Notes: generated from the sequence alone by a model not told the origin. 64,000 nt of DNA from Mobula hypostoma (GCF_963921235.1 NC_086097.1:182282001-182346000); one strand, 5' to 3'; counted from the stretch's first letter, positions 39,169 to 52,340 are shown. Numbers and translations are program-made.

Positions 39169-40812
39169 CTCTGACTGAGGGACACGTGTACAGCCATCGA
39201 CAGCACCCTGCGGCTCTCTGACTGAGGAACACGTACAGGATCATCATCAGTGTACTATTGTTCTCTGACTGAGGGACACGTGTACAATCATCACCAGTGT
39301 ACTATTCTCTGACTGAGGGACACGTACAGGATCATCATCAGTGTACTGTTGTTCTCTGACTGAGGGACACGTACAGGATCATCACCGTGTACTATTGTTC
39401 TCTGACTGAGGGACACGTGTACGATCATCACCAGTGTACTATTCTCTGACTGAGGGACACGTGTACGATCATCACCAGTGTACTATTCTCTGACTGAGGG
39501 ACACGTGTACGATCATCACCAGTGTACTATTGTTCTCTGACTGAGGGACACGTGTACGATCATCACCAGTGTACTATTCTCTGACTGAGGGACACGTGTA
39601 CGATCATCACCAGTGTACTGTTGTTCTCTGACTGAGGGACACGTGTACGATCATCACCAGTGTACTATTGTTCTCTGACTGAGGGACACGTGTACGATCA
39701 TCACCAGTGTACTATTCTCTGACTGAGGGACATGTGTACGATCATCACCAGTGTACTATTCTCTGACTGAGGGACACGTGTACGATCATCACCAGTGTAC
39801 TGTTGTTCTGTGACTGAGGGACACGTGTACGATCATCACCAGTGTACTGTTGTTCTCTGACTGAGGGACACATGTACGATCATCACCAGTGTACTATTGT
39901 TTTCTGACTGAGGGACACGTGTACGATCATCACCAGTGTACTGTTGTTCTCTGACTGAGGGACACATGTACGATCATCACCAGTGTACTGTTGTTCTCTG
40001 ACTGAGGGACACGTACACGATCATCACCAGTGTACTATTGTTCTCCGACTGAGGGACATGTGTACGATCATCACCAGTGTACTGTTGTTCTCTGACTGAG
40101 GGACACGTGTACGATCATCACCAGTGTACTATTCTCTGACTGAGGGACACGTGTACGATCATCACCAGTGTACTATTGTTCTCCGACTGAGGGACACGTG
40201 TACGATCATCACCGTGTACTATTGTTCTCCGACTGAGGGACACGTGTACGATCATCACCAGTGTACTTTTGTTCTCTGACTGAGGGACACGTACACGATC
40301 ATCACCAGTGTACTATTCTCTGGCTGAGGGACACGTGTACGATCATCACCAGTGTACTGTTGTTCTCTGACTGAGGGACACATGTACTATTGTTTTCTGA
40401 CTGAGGGACACGTGTACGATCATCACCAGTGTACTGTTGTTCTCTGACTGAGGGACACGTGTACGATCATCGCCAGTGTACTGTTGTTCTCTGACTGAGG
40501 GACACATGTACGATCATCACCAGTGTACTGTTGTTCTGTGACTGAGGGACACGTGTACGATCATCGCCAGTGTACTGTTGTTCTGTGACTGAGGGACACG
40601 TGTACGATCATCGCCAGTGTACTGTTGTTCTCTGACTGAGGGACACGTGTACGATCATCGCCAGTGTACTGTTGTTCTCTGACTGAGGGACACGTGTACG
40701 ATCATCACCAGTGTACTATTGTTCTCTGACTGAGGGACACGTGTACGATCATCACCAGTGTACTGTTGTTCTCTGACTGAGGGACACGTGTACAATCATT
40801 GCCAGCGTACTG
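39169..40812. repeat. 44/47 bp minisatellite (CTGACTGAGGGACACGTGTACGATCATCACCAGTGTACT[GTT]GTTCT), about 36 copies
   Basis: Contiguous tandem units with no spacers; degenerate units at both edges. Confidence 0.98.
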
Positions 40813-41409
40813 TGGTGTGCTGACAGCAGTGCTTTTGTTTCTGGCGTGCTCAGCAGGTCAAGCAGCATCTCTAGAGGGAAAAACAGGAATAACATTTCAG
40901 CATAACTGAGAACAAGTCTGTTACAACTTACAGAAAGGGAGAAGGACATAGAGAAGAAAGTGGATATTGGACAGGATAGAGAGCGGGGTTGACAGGTCAG
41001 TGTGTTGAGGCTTGTTAATCACAGCTAATCTCTCTGGAGTGGATGTAAAAAGAGGTAGACCAGAGTAAAAATGATGGAACTGTGGGAATTAAACATCGCT
41101 GCAGTTGTAAGTTGGGAAATAAAAGGAAAATGCAACAGTTCAGGCAGCTTTTGTGTCCATTGTAGAGAGACTGTCATTATCATGGATTGGGTTCCATGAT
41201 CACTCTGGAGTGCTGAGAGATGAGACTGAAGTAGACATCCTGGAGTGGCTGGCGATGTGCCTTCCTATAACAAGACCAGACTTTGTGCAGATCACTTAAA
41301 GTCAAATTTAAAGTTATCATTGTGTTACAATTTACTACCGTGAGATTCATTTTCTTGCAGGCATTTCTAGGAAAAAATACAACAGAATTTATAAAAAAGC
41401 TATACCTAA

Positions 41410-41812
41410 GAATTCAGAAGAATGAGGGGGTGACCTAATTGAAATCGATCGAATGGTGAAAGGCCTTGATAGTGGATGTGGAAATAATATTTCCTATGGT
41501 ATGAGTGTCGCTAAGACCAGAGGACACAGCTCAGTAAAAAGGGGTGTCATTTTAGAACGGAGATGAGGAGGAATTTCTTGAGCCAGAGTGGTATATTTGT
41601 GGAATTTGTTGCCACAGGCAGCTGTGGAGGCCAAGTCTTTACGTCTATTTAAGGCAGAGATTGATAAATTTTTGATTGGTCAGGGCATGAAGGGATACAG
41701 GGAGAAGGCAGGAGCTTAGGGCTGAGAGGGAAAATGGATCAGCCAGGATGAAATGGTGGAGCAGACTCGTTGGGCCAAATGGCCTGATTCTGTTCCTGTA
41801 TCTTATGGTCTT
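41410..41812 (+). mobile_element. CR1 LINE 3' end
   Basis: GGAATTTGTTGCCACAGGCAGCTGTGGAGGCCAAG..TCTTATGGTC tail. Confidence 0.85.
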
Positions 41813-41818
41813 ATAAAC

Positions 41819-43090
41819 CAGTGAGTCCCAACCACTGGGCCGCAAAGCATGTGCTACCGGGCCGTGAGGAAACAATGTGAGTCAGCTGCACCTTTCCTCA
41901 TTCCCTGTCATGTGAGGTCATCAGTTGGTCATTATCCTACAACTACTCGATGAGTGAAAAATAACCGTTGCTTGAGAGTTTCTTTGGAAGAGGTGGTAGG
42001 GGACATAAAAGGCCTAATGATGATAATGCAGAGACAGCTGAGGCCAAGACTGCAAAAAAAAAGAAAGCTTCCTTCAACAGAAAATACGACGAGTCCTACA
42101 TAAAATATGGCTTTATTGCAACCGGTGACTCGCACGCTCCAAGCCCCCTGTGTGCGATATGTGGAGACAAGCTGTCCAATGAGGTAATGAAGCCCTCAAA
42201 ACTGCTTCGGCACCTTGAGTCCAAGCATCCTGCACTTAAAGACAAACCCGTGAGTTTTTTGAGCAGAAAAAACGTGAGCAAGCGGGTCGGAAGCAAGTGC
42301 TGAGAGCCACCACCTCCACAAATTCTACCGCTTGAGAGCGTCGTACTTAGTGGCTAGCCATGTTGCTAAGGTTAAGAAGCCTTTCACTGTTGGTGAAGAA
42401 CTGATTCTGCCTGCTGCCAAGGACATGTGCCGTGAACTGTTGGGAGAAGCTGCAGCTAACAAGATGGCACAGGTTTCTCTTTCAGCTACCACAGTTTCAA
42501 GGAGAATCGATGACATAGCGGAGGACATCGAAGCACAGCTGTTGGAACGGCTTAACGAGTCACCATGGCATGTTATCCAGGTCAACGAGTCTACCGATGT
42601 CAACAATAAGGAAATACTACTGGTTTATGTGCGATATATATTGCAACGAAAACTTAATTGCACAATAGACTCAAAGGGGGCATAAGGAACCCCTTTGAGT
42701 ATCGGACCATCTTGTTGCAGTGAAACAAGCCCGGGGCTCCCACTGATTCAGCGATATTGGTGTGTTGCAATGATTTTATATGTTCATACGAGGAAAATAT
42801 GTGCTGTGTGTTTAATATCCAAACGTTACTTAACATGTTATGATGCTATTGACTTATAAGTAACTTATAATTGACTTATCACTATATTCATGTGAGGAAA
42901 ATATGTGCTGTGTGTTTAATATTAAATTCATTAGATAAACCCTTTTAGAAACGAAATTGAGTGTATTAGCCACTTACCACCTATATTCCGGTCATGATTA
43001 ACACCCCCCCGACCAACCCCGTTGGCCAGCCCGCAAGAATATTGTCAATATTAAACCGGTCTGCGGTGCAAAAAAGGTTAGGGACCCTTG
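41819..43090 (+). mobile_element. Buster/Charlie-type hAT deletion derivative retaining the transposase N-terminus (BED finger)
   Basis: TIRs CAGTGAGTCCCAACC / GGTTAGGGACCCTTG; TSD TTATAAAC/TTATAAAG; RKYDESYIKYGF..PLCAICGDKLSNEVMKPSKLLRHLESKHP; KPFTVGEELILPAA..VSRRIDDIA..NESTDV. Confidence 0.93.
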
Positions 43091-45191
43091 TTATAAAGAA
43101 AGACTGACAAACATCCAATGTGCAAACGACAAATTGTGGAAATAAAGGTATAATAGTTGTGCATGAGCTGGAAAGAGTCCTTGAAAGTGAGTCTGTGGAA
43201 TCGGTTCAGAGTTGTGGTGAGTGAAGTTTTCCAACCTGATTAAGGAGCCTGATGGTTATAGGGTAATAACCGATTCTAATCCTGGATGGTGAGGATGCTT
43301 GATTTGGCAGCACTCAATGTAAATGTGCTCAGTGATGGGGAGGGCTTTGCCTGTGATGGACAGGGCTGTAACCACAACTTTCTGTAGACTTCCCCATTCA
43401 TGGGCATTGGTGTTTCCATACCAAGCCATAATGCAACCAGTTAAGATACTCTCCACTGTGCATCTATAGAAGTGATTCAAAGTTTTGGTGACATGCCATA
43501 TTCTGCTCCCATCCCTGTGTCTGCATGTGATCCAGAGGTGTTCATACATGTTTCTGCAGTGGCAGCACTAATGTCAGAGGGATGTGATGCTGAGATAATC
43601 TCTGCTGGCTGTAGATCGCAGTGGATTGGGTGGTGAAAATCGCATTTCCCATGCTTACCCACATAGGCTGAGGCACTGTTTAGATCTACAGCACAGAAAC
43701 AGGCCCTTTGGCCCATCTAGGCCATGCCAAACTATTAATCTGCTAGTCCTGTTGACCAGCACCCGAATCATAGCCTTTCATACCCCTCCCATCCATGTCT
43801 TAAATGTTGAAATCAGCACAGACATGTGGGTAATATTTTCAGCAAGTGTCAAAATCTTTTCCCTGCATCTTGGCAAGGGTCTGAAAATTTTTAGGTCAAA
43901 GTAAAAAAAAATCAAAAATCACTGCTTTCTGAATTGTATTCTGTTGGCCCAAATGGATAACATAACAGAAGCACAAGCAACTGATGCCTTAGAATACTTT
44001 CCAATAATTTACCAACCATTGATGTCAGGATCACTGGCTTATAATTTCCTGTATTATTCTTGGAGCCTTCCTTAAACAATGGAAAAACTTTGCCTATCCT
44101 CTAATCCTATGGCACCTCACTTGTGGCCAAGGAAGTTATAAATATCTTTGCTAGGGCCCAGCAATTTATGCCCTAGCTTCCCACAGGGTCTAAGGGGATT
44201 GTCAGGCCCTGCGGATTTGCCTACCCAGATTTGCCTCAAGACAGCAAACACGTACTCCTCTGAAATCTTTATATGGTCCATGACCTCACTGCTGCTTTGT
44301 CTTACTTCTATAAACTGTGTCCATCTCCTGAGTAAATACAGATTAAAAATAATCCATTTAAGATCTTCCTCATCTCTTTGGCTCTATGCATAGATGGCTA
44401 ATGTGATTTTCCAGAGGACCAATTTTATCGTTGCTATCCTTTTCCTCTTAATGTATTCATTAAAGCCTTTGGGATTCTTCTTCACATTGTCTACTAGAGC
44501 AATCACATTCCTTCTTTAAGCCCTTCTGATTTTCATCTTAAGTGTTCTCTTGCATTTCTTATACTAAAGTACCTCATTTACTCTTTCCTGCCTAAATCTG
44601 CAATGCATCTTTCTTTTTCTGAACCTGGGCCTCAATCTCTCTCAAAAACCAACATTCCCTAAAGTTGTTATCCTTGTCTTTTACTCTGATAGGAACATAC
44701 AAACTCTGTACTCTCAAAATGCCTATGTTGAAGGCCTCCCACTTACTCAGCACACCCTTGTCTGAAAACAACCTGTCCCAATCCACACTTGCCAGATCCA
44801 CTCTGATAACATCAAAATTGGCCTTTCTCCAAATTAGATTCTGAACTGGAGAATCAGGCCTATCCCTCTCCATAATTATATTGACACTAATTGTATTATC
44901 ATCATCACTAGATGCAAAGTGTTCCCCGACACAAACTTCTGCCACCTGCCCTATCTCGTTCCCTAATAGGAGATTTACTTTTTTTTCTACAATATGGGAG
45001 ACCCAGTCAATATGTGAAAAGTAAAAATCACCTACTGTCAGAACCTTATGTTTCCTGCAACAGTCTGTGATCTCTCTACAAACTTGGTCCTCTAAATCCC
45101 TCGGTCTATAATATCTATAATATAATCCCATTAACGTGGTCATCCCTTTCTTATTCCTCAGTTCTACCCAAACAGCCTCAGTAGACAAGTT

Positions 45192-45319
45192 ACACACATA
45201 AAAGTTGCTGGTGAACGCAGCAGGCCAGGCAGCATCCGTAGGAAGAGGTGCAGTCGACGTTTCAGGCCGAGACCCTTCGTCAGGACTACATTTCCAGCAT
45301 CTGCAGAATTCCTGTTGTT
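45192..45319. mobile_element. Short Penelope-derived hammerhead element with perfect 14 bp TSD
   Basis: TCAGTAGACAAGTT at 45178-45191 and 45320-45333; same left end (ACACACAT.AAAGTTGCTGGTGAA) and right-end motif (TTTCCAGCATCTGCAGAATTCCT) as 9725-9869. Confidence 0.88.
45249..45290 (-). ncRNA. Minimal type I hammerhead ribozyme
   Basis: Minus strand UGUAGUC-CUGACGA-AGG(GUCUCGG)CCU-GAAA-C-GUC-GACUGCA: intact catalytic core, 7 bp stem I, short stem II, loopless palindromic helix III. Confidence 0.8.
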
Positions 45320-47690
45320 TCAGTAGACAAGTTGTTCAGTTTGTTCTGTCTGAGCATCACCAAGATATTTTCCCCAACTAGTAATGCCACCCCTCTCCCT
45401 TTAATCCCTCCCATTCTATCACGTCCTAAACAACAGAACCCAGGAACATTGCCAGTACTGTCTATCCTGCAACAAAGTCTCAGCAATGGCTACAATGTGG
45501 TAATTCCACGTGCTGATCCATGGTAAGCTCATCCACCTGCATCCCTTACATTGAAATAGACACAGCTCAGAACATTGGTCCTGCCATGCTCAATCTTTTG
45601 ATCCCCGAGTTTGTATGTAGGCTTAACGTCTTTCCCCACAACCACCCCACTATTTGTTCTGGTGCTCTTGTTCCCATTCCCCTATGACTCCAACTTAAAT
45701 CTCCCCCCTATGCAACACTAGTACACCTTCCCACAGGATATCAGTTCCCCATTTCAGGTACAAACAGTCCTATCTGTACAGGCTCCACTTTCCCTGGAAG
45801 GGACCCCAATAATCCAAAACTCTGAAGCCCTCCCTCCTGCACTTTCTCCTTGGCTACATTTTAAAATGTATGATCTTCCCACTTCTGGCCTCACTAGCAT
45901 GAGATCCTGTCTTTTAACTTAGCACCTAACTCCCTGAGCTCAGTTTGCAGGACCTTGTCATTCTTCCTACCAATGTGGACCACAACTTCTGGCTGCTCTG
46001 GACTTGATCCAAGATGTTCCTGATGCTAGCTCCTGGGAGGCAAAATTCCATCGGAAATCTCATTCACAGAACCTCTTGTCCGTTCCTCTAACCAATGAAT
46101 CCTCTATCCTTTGCCTATTCTCCCCCTTCCCTTCTGAGCCACAGAGCCAGACACCTGGCCCTGTGGCTTTTCTCTGCTTGGTCACCTAACCACCCCCATC
46201 CCCCAAAACATATCCAAAATAGTATACCTGTTTTTGAGGAGAATGTCCACAGGGATACTCCACACTGGTTGTCTCTACCCTCTTCCCCTCCTGACAATCA
46301 CCCTGTGTCCTGTGTCCTGCACCTTGGATGTAACTACCCTCAGCCTCCCGAATGATCTGGAGTTCATCCAGATCCAGCTCCAGCTCCAGCTCCAGTTCCT
46401 TAATTTGGTGTGAAAGAAGCTGTGGATGGACTTCTTGCATGTGTAGTCATCAGGGACTCTGGTGGTCTCCCTGTCTTCTCCCATCCCATTAGAGCAGCAT
46501 TCTGCTGTCCTGCCAGACATCATCATTGCTCTAAATGTGAAATAAGAAAGAAAGAAAGAAAAATAAAATGAGCTTCTGCCTCTTCTCACCGAAGTGAACA
46601 GGTATTGGATAGGAAAGTTGTAGGGATGTGTATTTATGGGATGAATGCAGTTAGGTATCACCAGTGGCACAGACAAAGTGAGCAGAAGGGCCTGTTTCTC
46701 TGCTGAATGACTCTATATGTGAAAGAACCTTGCCACGAAACGGGGTGATGTATTAGAGGAATCATCAAATTTGGCTTCATAAATTGAACTAAAGAACGAT
46801 GAGATGACCCATTTTTGAGCGTTTTCAACAGCTCGAGAGAAACTGAAAAGTCCATTTCCAATGTGCAAAAGTACGAGTGCAGAAGGAGTGTATAATCAAG
46901 AGTAACTGAGATAGTTCATATAAAACATGCAGGCTATGTACAGGTGAACTCTTACACTAGGAAGATTAACAGGCAGCAATTCTGGATTTATTTTAGGAAA
47001 TGAAACTTGACTGGTGGAGGGAGTGGTTTTGTGGGGGTGATTATTGTTCAGTTTGATTTGGCTCAGTTAAGAAAAAGGCAAAGCAGGAGCTAGGTGTGTA
47101 AATTAGGACAGGGCAGGCAGTGAATTGGATCCACTATGAAACAATAAATCAATCTCAGAGAATTAGGCATTCAAAAGGGATAAGGGTAAGCATGTTCCCT
47201 CAGAGGTTTCAAAACCTTTTATAACAACAGGGAGATCAATGTTTTATTTTGGGGGAGTTATTAATGAATGGGATGTATATAGTAAAAGAGAATATTTGAA
47301 GGGTCTCAGCACCTTGGGAAAAGACCAGTCCCAGATGAAATAGATGCCAGGATATTGCAGAGGGTCTGACCATCAGGAACAGTGCCAGAGGACTGGAAAA
47401 ATGCCGTTCTTGGACAAAAGGATAATAGGATAAGGGAATGGGTCCTTTCAGGCCAGTAAGGTTGACCTGAGTGGTAACATCCATTCTGAGGAAGAGTGTA
47501 AACCCTTACTGAAGGTGGTACAGATGCATCGGAGTAACTCAGTATGGATTTGTTAAGGGAAGTTCATATCTGACATACAATTCATCCTTTAAAGGGGATA
47601 ACAAGGAGGGCAGGGTGTTTGATGTTGTCTCCATGGACTTTAGCAAAGCTCCTGATAAGATTCCATGTGGCAGGCTGGTCAATAAAGTAG

Positions 47691-47778
47691 TTATTGTCAT
47701 TGTGCCGAGTACAGATACATTGGCTGTGTATCTGTACTCAGCACAATGAGAATAAAGTTGAATCTAATCTAATCTAAA
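47691..47778 (+). repeat. 29 bp inverted repeat (hairpin) with LINE-type (AATCT)n tail, inserted in a CR1
   Basis: 47691-47719 pairs with 47727-47755 (27/29), 7 nt loop; followed by AGTTGAATCTAATCTAATCTA. Confidence 0.85.
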
Positions 47779-48005
47779 ACTCACAGGCCCCAAGAATCCA
47801 AACCTGGCTAAGTGGCAGGAAGTGGAGGGTGGGCTCCTCATCTAAGAAAAGATGCGCTGGCATTGGAGAGAGTTCAGAGGAGGTTCAGAAGGATGATTCC
47901 GAGAATGGTTTATCATATGAGGAATGTTTGATGGCTCTGGGTTTGTACTCGCTGGAATTAGAAGGAATGGTGGGGGGGGGTGATGGTGGAGGAATCTCAT
48001 TGAAA

Positions 48006-48960
48006 GAGTGGTTGTAGATAGGTCATATTCTGCATGGAGGCCGATGACCAGTGGTGTGCCTCAGGGGTCTGTTCTGGGGCCCTTACTCTTCGTGATTTTT
48101 ATAAATGACCTGGATGAGGAAGTGGAGGGATGGGTTAGTAAGTTTGCTGATGACACAAAGGTTGGAGGTGTTGTGGATAGTGTGGAGGGCTGTCAGAGGT
48201 TACAGCGGTACATTGATAGGATGCAAAACTGGGCTGAGAAGTGGCAGATGGAGTTCAACCCAGAAAAGTGTGAAGTGGTTCATTTTGGTCGGTTGAATAT
48301 GATGGCAGAATATAGTATTAATGGTAGGACTCTTAGCAGTGTGGAGGATCAGAGGGATCTTGGGGTCCAAGTCCATAGGACGCTCAGGTTGACACTGCGC
48401 AGGTTGACACTGTGGTTAGGAAGACATACGGTGCATCAGCCTTCATCAACCGTGGGACTGAGTTTAGGAGCCAAGAGGAAATGTTGCAGCTATATAGGAC
48501 CCTGGTCAGACCCCACTTGGGAGTGCTGTGCTCAGTTCTGGTCGCCTCACTACAGGAAGGACGTGGAAACCATAGAAAGGGTGCAGAAGAGATTTACAAG
48601 GATGTTGCCTGGATTGGGGAGCATTCCTTATGAGAATAGGTTGAGTGAACTTGGCCTTTTCTCCTTGTAGCGACGGAGGATGATAGGTGACCTGATAGAG
48701 GTGTACAAGATAATGAAAGGCATTGATCGTGTGGATAGTCAGAGGCTTTTCCCCAGGGTTGAAATGGCTAGCATGAGAGGACATAGTTTTAAGGTGCTTG
48801 GAAGTAGGTACAGAGGAGATGTCAGGGGTAAGTTTGTTTTTTTTTAAAACACAGAGTGGTGAGTGCGTGGAATGGGCTGTCGGTGGCAGTGGTGGTGGCA
48901 GAAACAATAGGGTCTTTTAAGAGACTCCTGGATGGCTACATGGAACTTAGAAAAATTCTA
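48006..48960 (+). mobile_element. CR1 LINE RT/3' fragment
   Basis: ORF 48008-48670 SGVPQGSVLGPLLFVIFINDLDE..SKFADDTKVGG. Confidence 0.92.
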
Positions 48961-51900
48961 AGGTAGAAGGGCTAAAGTGCGTGTACTTCAATGCAAAAAG
49001 CATCAGGAACAAAGGTGAAGAACTGAGAGCTTGGATACATAAATGGAATTATGATGCAGTGGCCCTTACAGAGACTGCTGGCACCAGGGCAGGAATGGAT
49101 TCTCAATATTCCTGGATTTCAGTGCTTTAAAGGGGATAGAGAGGGTGGAAAAGGGGAGGAGGGGTGACATTACTGATCAGGGATACTATACACAGCTACA
49201 GAAAAGGTGGGTAATTGGGTAATGTAGCAGGATCCTCTTTTGAGTCAGTATGGGTGGAAGTCAGGAACAGGAAGGGAGCAGTTACTCTATTGGGAGTATT
49301 CTATAGGCCCCCTGACAATAGCAGAGATACCGAGGAGCAGGTTGGGAGGCAGATTTTGAAAAGGTGCAAAAATAACAGGGCTGTTATCATGGGTGACTAA
49401 CTTCCCTAATATTGATTGGTACCTGATTAGTTCCAATGGTTTAGACGGGGCAGAGTTTAAGTGTGTCCAGGATGGATTCCTCTCACAGTATATTGACAGG
49501 CCGACTAGGAGGAATGCCATACTAGATCTAGTACTAGGTAATGAACCGGGTCAGGTCACAGATCTCTGAGTGGGTGAGCATCTGGGGGACAGTGACCACC
49601 GCTCCCTGGCCTTTAGCACTATCATGGAAAAGGATAGAAACAGAGAGAACAGGAAAATTTTTAATTGGGGAAGGGCAAATTATGAGGCTATAAGGCTAGA
49701 ACTTGTGGGTGTGAATTGGGATGATGTTTTTGCAGGGAAATGTACTATGGATATGTGGTTGATGTTTAGGGATCTCTTACAGGATGTAAGGGATAAATTG
49801 GTCCCGGTGAGGAAGATAAAGAATGGTAGGGTGAAGGAACCATGGGTGACAAGTGAGCTGGAAAGTCTGGTCAGGTGGAAGAAGGCAGCATACATGAGGT
49901 TTAGGAAGCAAGGATCAGATGGGTCTATTGAGGAATATAGGGTAGCAAGAAAGGAGCTTAAGAAGGGGCTGAGGAGAGCAAGAAGGGGTCATGAGAAGGC
50001 CTTGGCGAGTAGGGTAAAGGAAAACCCCAAGGCATTCTTCAATTATGTGAAGAACAAAAGGATGACAGGAGTGAAGGTAGGACTGATTAGAGATAAAGGT
50101 GGGAAGATGTCCCTGGAGGCTGTGGAAGTGAGCGAGGTCCTCAATGAATACTTCCCTTCAGTGTTCACCAATGAGAGGGAACTTGATGACGGTGAGGACA
50201 ATATGAGTGAGGTTAATGTTCTGGAGCATGTTGATATTAAGGGAGAGGAGGTGTTGGAGTTGTTAAAATACATTAGGATGGACAAGTCCCCCGGGCCTGA
50301 TGGAATATTCCCCAGGCTGCTCCACAAGGCGAGGGAAGAGATTGCTGAGCCTCTGGCTAGGATCTTTATGTCCTCGTTGTCCACGGGAATGGTACCGGAG
50401 GATTGGAGGGAGGCGAATGTTGTCCCCCTGTTCAAAAAAGGTAGTAGGGATAGTCTGGGTAATTATAGACCAGTGAACCTGACGTCTGTGGTGGGAAAGC
50501 TGTTGAAAAAGGTTCTTAGAGATAGGATCTATGGGCATTTAGAGAATAATGGTCTGATCAGGGACAGTCAGCATGGCTTTGTGAAGGGCAGATCGTGTCT
50601 AACAAGCCTGATAGAGTTCTTTGAGGAGGTGACCAGGCATATAGATGAGGGTAGTGCAGTGGATGTGATCTATATGGAATTTAGTAAGGCATTTGACAAG
50701 GTTCCACACTGTAGGCTTATTCAGAAAGTCAGAAGGCATGGGATCCAGGAAAGTTTGGCCAGGTGGATTCAGAATTGGCTTGCCTGCAGAAAGCAGAGGG
50801 TGGTGGTGGAGGGAGTACATTCAGATTGGAGGGTTGTGACTAGTGGTGTCCCACAAGGATCAGTTCTAGGACCTCTACTTTTCATGATTTTTATTAACAA
50901 CCTGGATGTGGGGGTAGAAGGGTGGGGTGGGAAGTTTGCAGAAGACACAAAGGTTGCTGGTGTTGTGGATAGTGTAGAGGATTGTCGAAGATTGCAGAGA
51001 GACATTGATAGGATGCAAAAGTGGGCTGAGAAATGGCAGATGGAGTTCAACCTGGATAAGTGTGAGGTGGTACACTTTGGAAGGACAAACTCCAAGGCAG
51101 AGTACAAAGTAAATGGCAGGATACTTGGTAGTGTGGAGGAGCAGAGACATCTGGGGGTACATGTCCACAGATCCCCGAAAGTTGCCTCGCAGGTGGATAG
51201 GGTAGTTAAGAAAGCTTATGGGGTGTTAGCTTTCATAAGTTGAGGAATAGAGTTTAAGAGTCGCAAGGTAATGATGCAGCTCTATAAAACTCTGGTTAGG
51301 CCACACTTGGAGTATTGTGTCCAGTTCTGGTCACCTCACTATAGGAAGGATGTGGAAGCATTGGAAAGGGTACAGAGGAGATTTACCAGGATGCTGCCTG
51401 GTTTAGAGAGTATGCGTTATGATCAGAGATTAAGGGAGCTAGGGCTTTACTCTTTGGAGAGGAGGATGAGGGGAGACATGATAGAGGTGTACAAGATAAT
51501 AAGAGGATTAGATAGAGTGGATAGCCAGCGCCTCTTCCCCAGGGCACCATTGCTCCATACAAGAGGACATGGCTTTAAGGTAAGGAGTGGGAAGTTCAAG
51601 GGGGATATTAGAGGAAGGTTTTTTTTTACTCAGAGAATGGTTGGTACGTGGAATTATTTAAGAAAGGATGTGCTGACGTTGGAGAGGGTACAGAGAAAAT
51701 TCACTTGAATGATTCCGGGAATGAGAGGGTTACCATATGAGGAACGTTTGTCTGCTCTTGGACTGTATTCCTTGGAGTTTAGAAGAGTGAGGGGAGACCT
51801 CATAGAAACATTTCAAATGTTGAAAGGCATGGACAGAGTGGATGTGGCAAAGTTGTTTCCCATGATGGGGGAGTCTAGTATGAGAGGGCATGACTTAAGG

Positions 51901-52340
51901 ATTGAAGGGCGCCCATTCAGAACAGAAATGCTAAGAAATCATTTTAGCCAGAGGGGGTGAATCTATGGAATTTGTTGCCACGGGCAGTAGTGGAGGCCAA
52001 GTCATTGGGTGTATTTAAGGCAGAGATTGATAGGTATCTGAGTAGCCAGGGCATCAAAGGTTATGGTGAGAAGGCGGGGGAGTGGGACTAAATGGGAGAA
52101 TGGATCAGCTCATGATAAAATGGCGGAGCAGACTCGATGGGCAGAATGGCCGACTTCTGCTCCTCTGTCTGAACGCACTGCCTGAGTCAGTGGTGGAGGC
52201 AGATACACTGAAATTTAAGAGACCACTGGACAGGTATATGGAGGAATTTAAGGTAGGGGGTTATATGGGAGGCAGGGTTTAAGGGTCGGCACAGCTTTGT
52301 GGGCTGAAGGGCCTGTATTGTGCTGTATGGTTTTTATGTT
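48961..52340 (+). mobile_element. Young, 5'-truncated CR1 LINE with nearly complete ORF2 (557 aa open segment 49570-51243)
   Basis: Endonuclease LKCVYFNAKSIRNK..SDHRSL; RT KSPGPDGI..QHGFVKGRSC..FSKAFDKV..GVPQGSVLGP; FADD altered to FAED; stop at 51241. Confidence 0.95.
51654..52170 (+). mobile_element. CR1 3' fragment nested in the preceding CR1
   Basis: Host reads GTGGAA|CGCACTGCC across the insert, with GAA on both sides; insert encodes YLRKDVLTLERVQRKFT.. Confidence 0.85.

Larger units (their letters stand above)
44020..46550 (-). mobile_element. CR1 LINE 5' half (ORF1 plus endonuclease), degenerate
   Basis: DDYTCKK..IKELELELELDLDELQIIRE; EAVWVELRNKKGMTTLMGLYYR..WRKANFD. Confidence 0.85.

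Noticed and set aside
39169..40812. CRISPR-like regular array with a palindromic core
   Set aside because: Units are contiguous with no unique spacers, there are no cas genes, and the context is a vertebrate intron
41968..42685. ZBED5/SCAND3-like host gene
   Set aside because: Frameshifted, internally deleted, and enclosed by TIRs and a TSD, so a transposon relic
49570..51243. 557 aa ORF as an active or domesticated reverse transcriptase
   Set aside because: CR1 ORF2 piece bounded by stops, catalytic FADD changed to FAED, 5'-truncated and interrupted by another CR1
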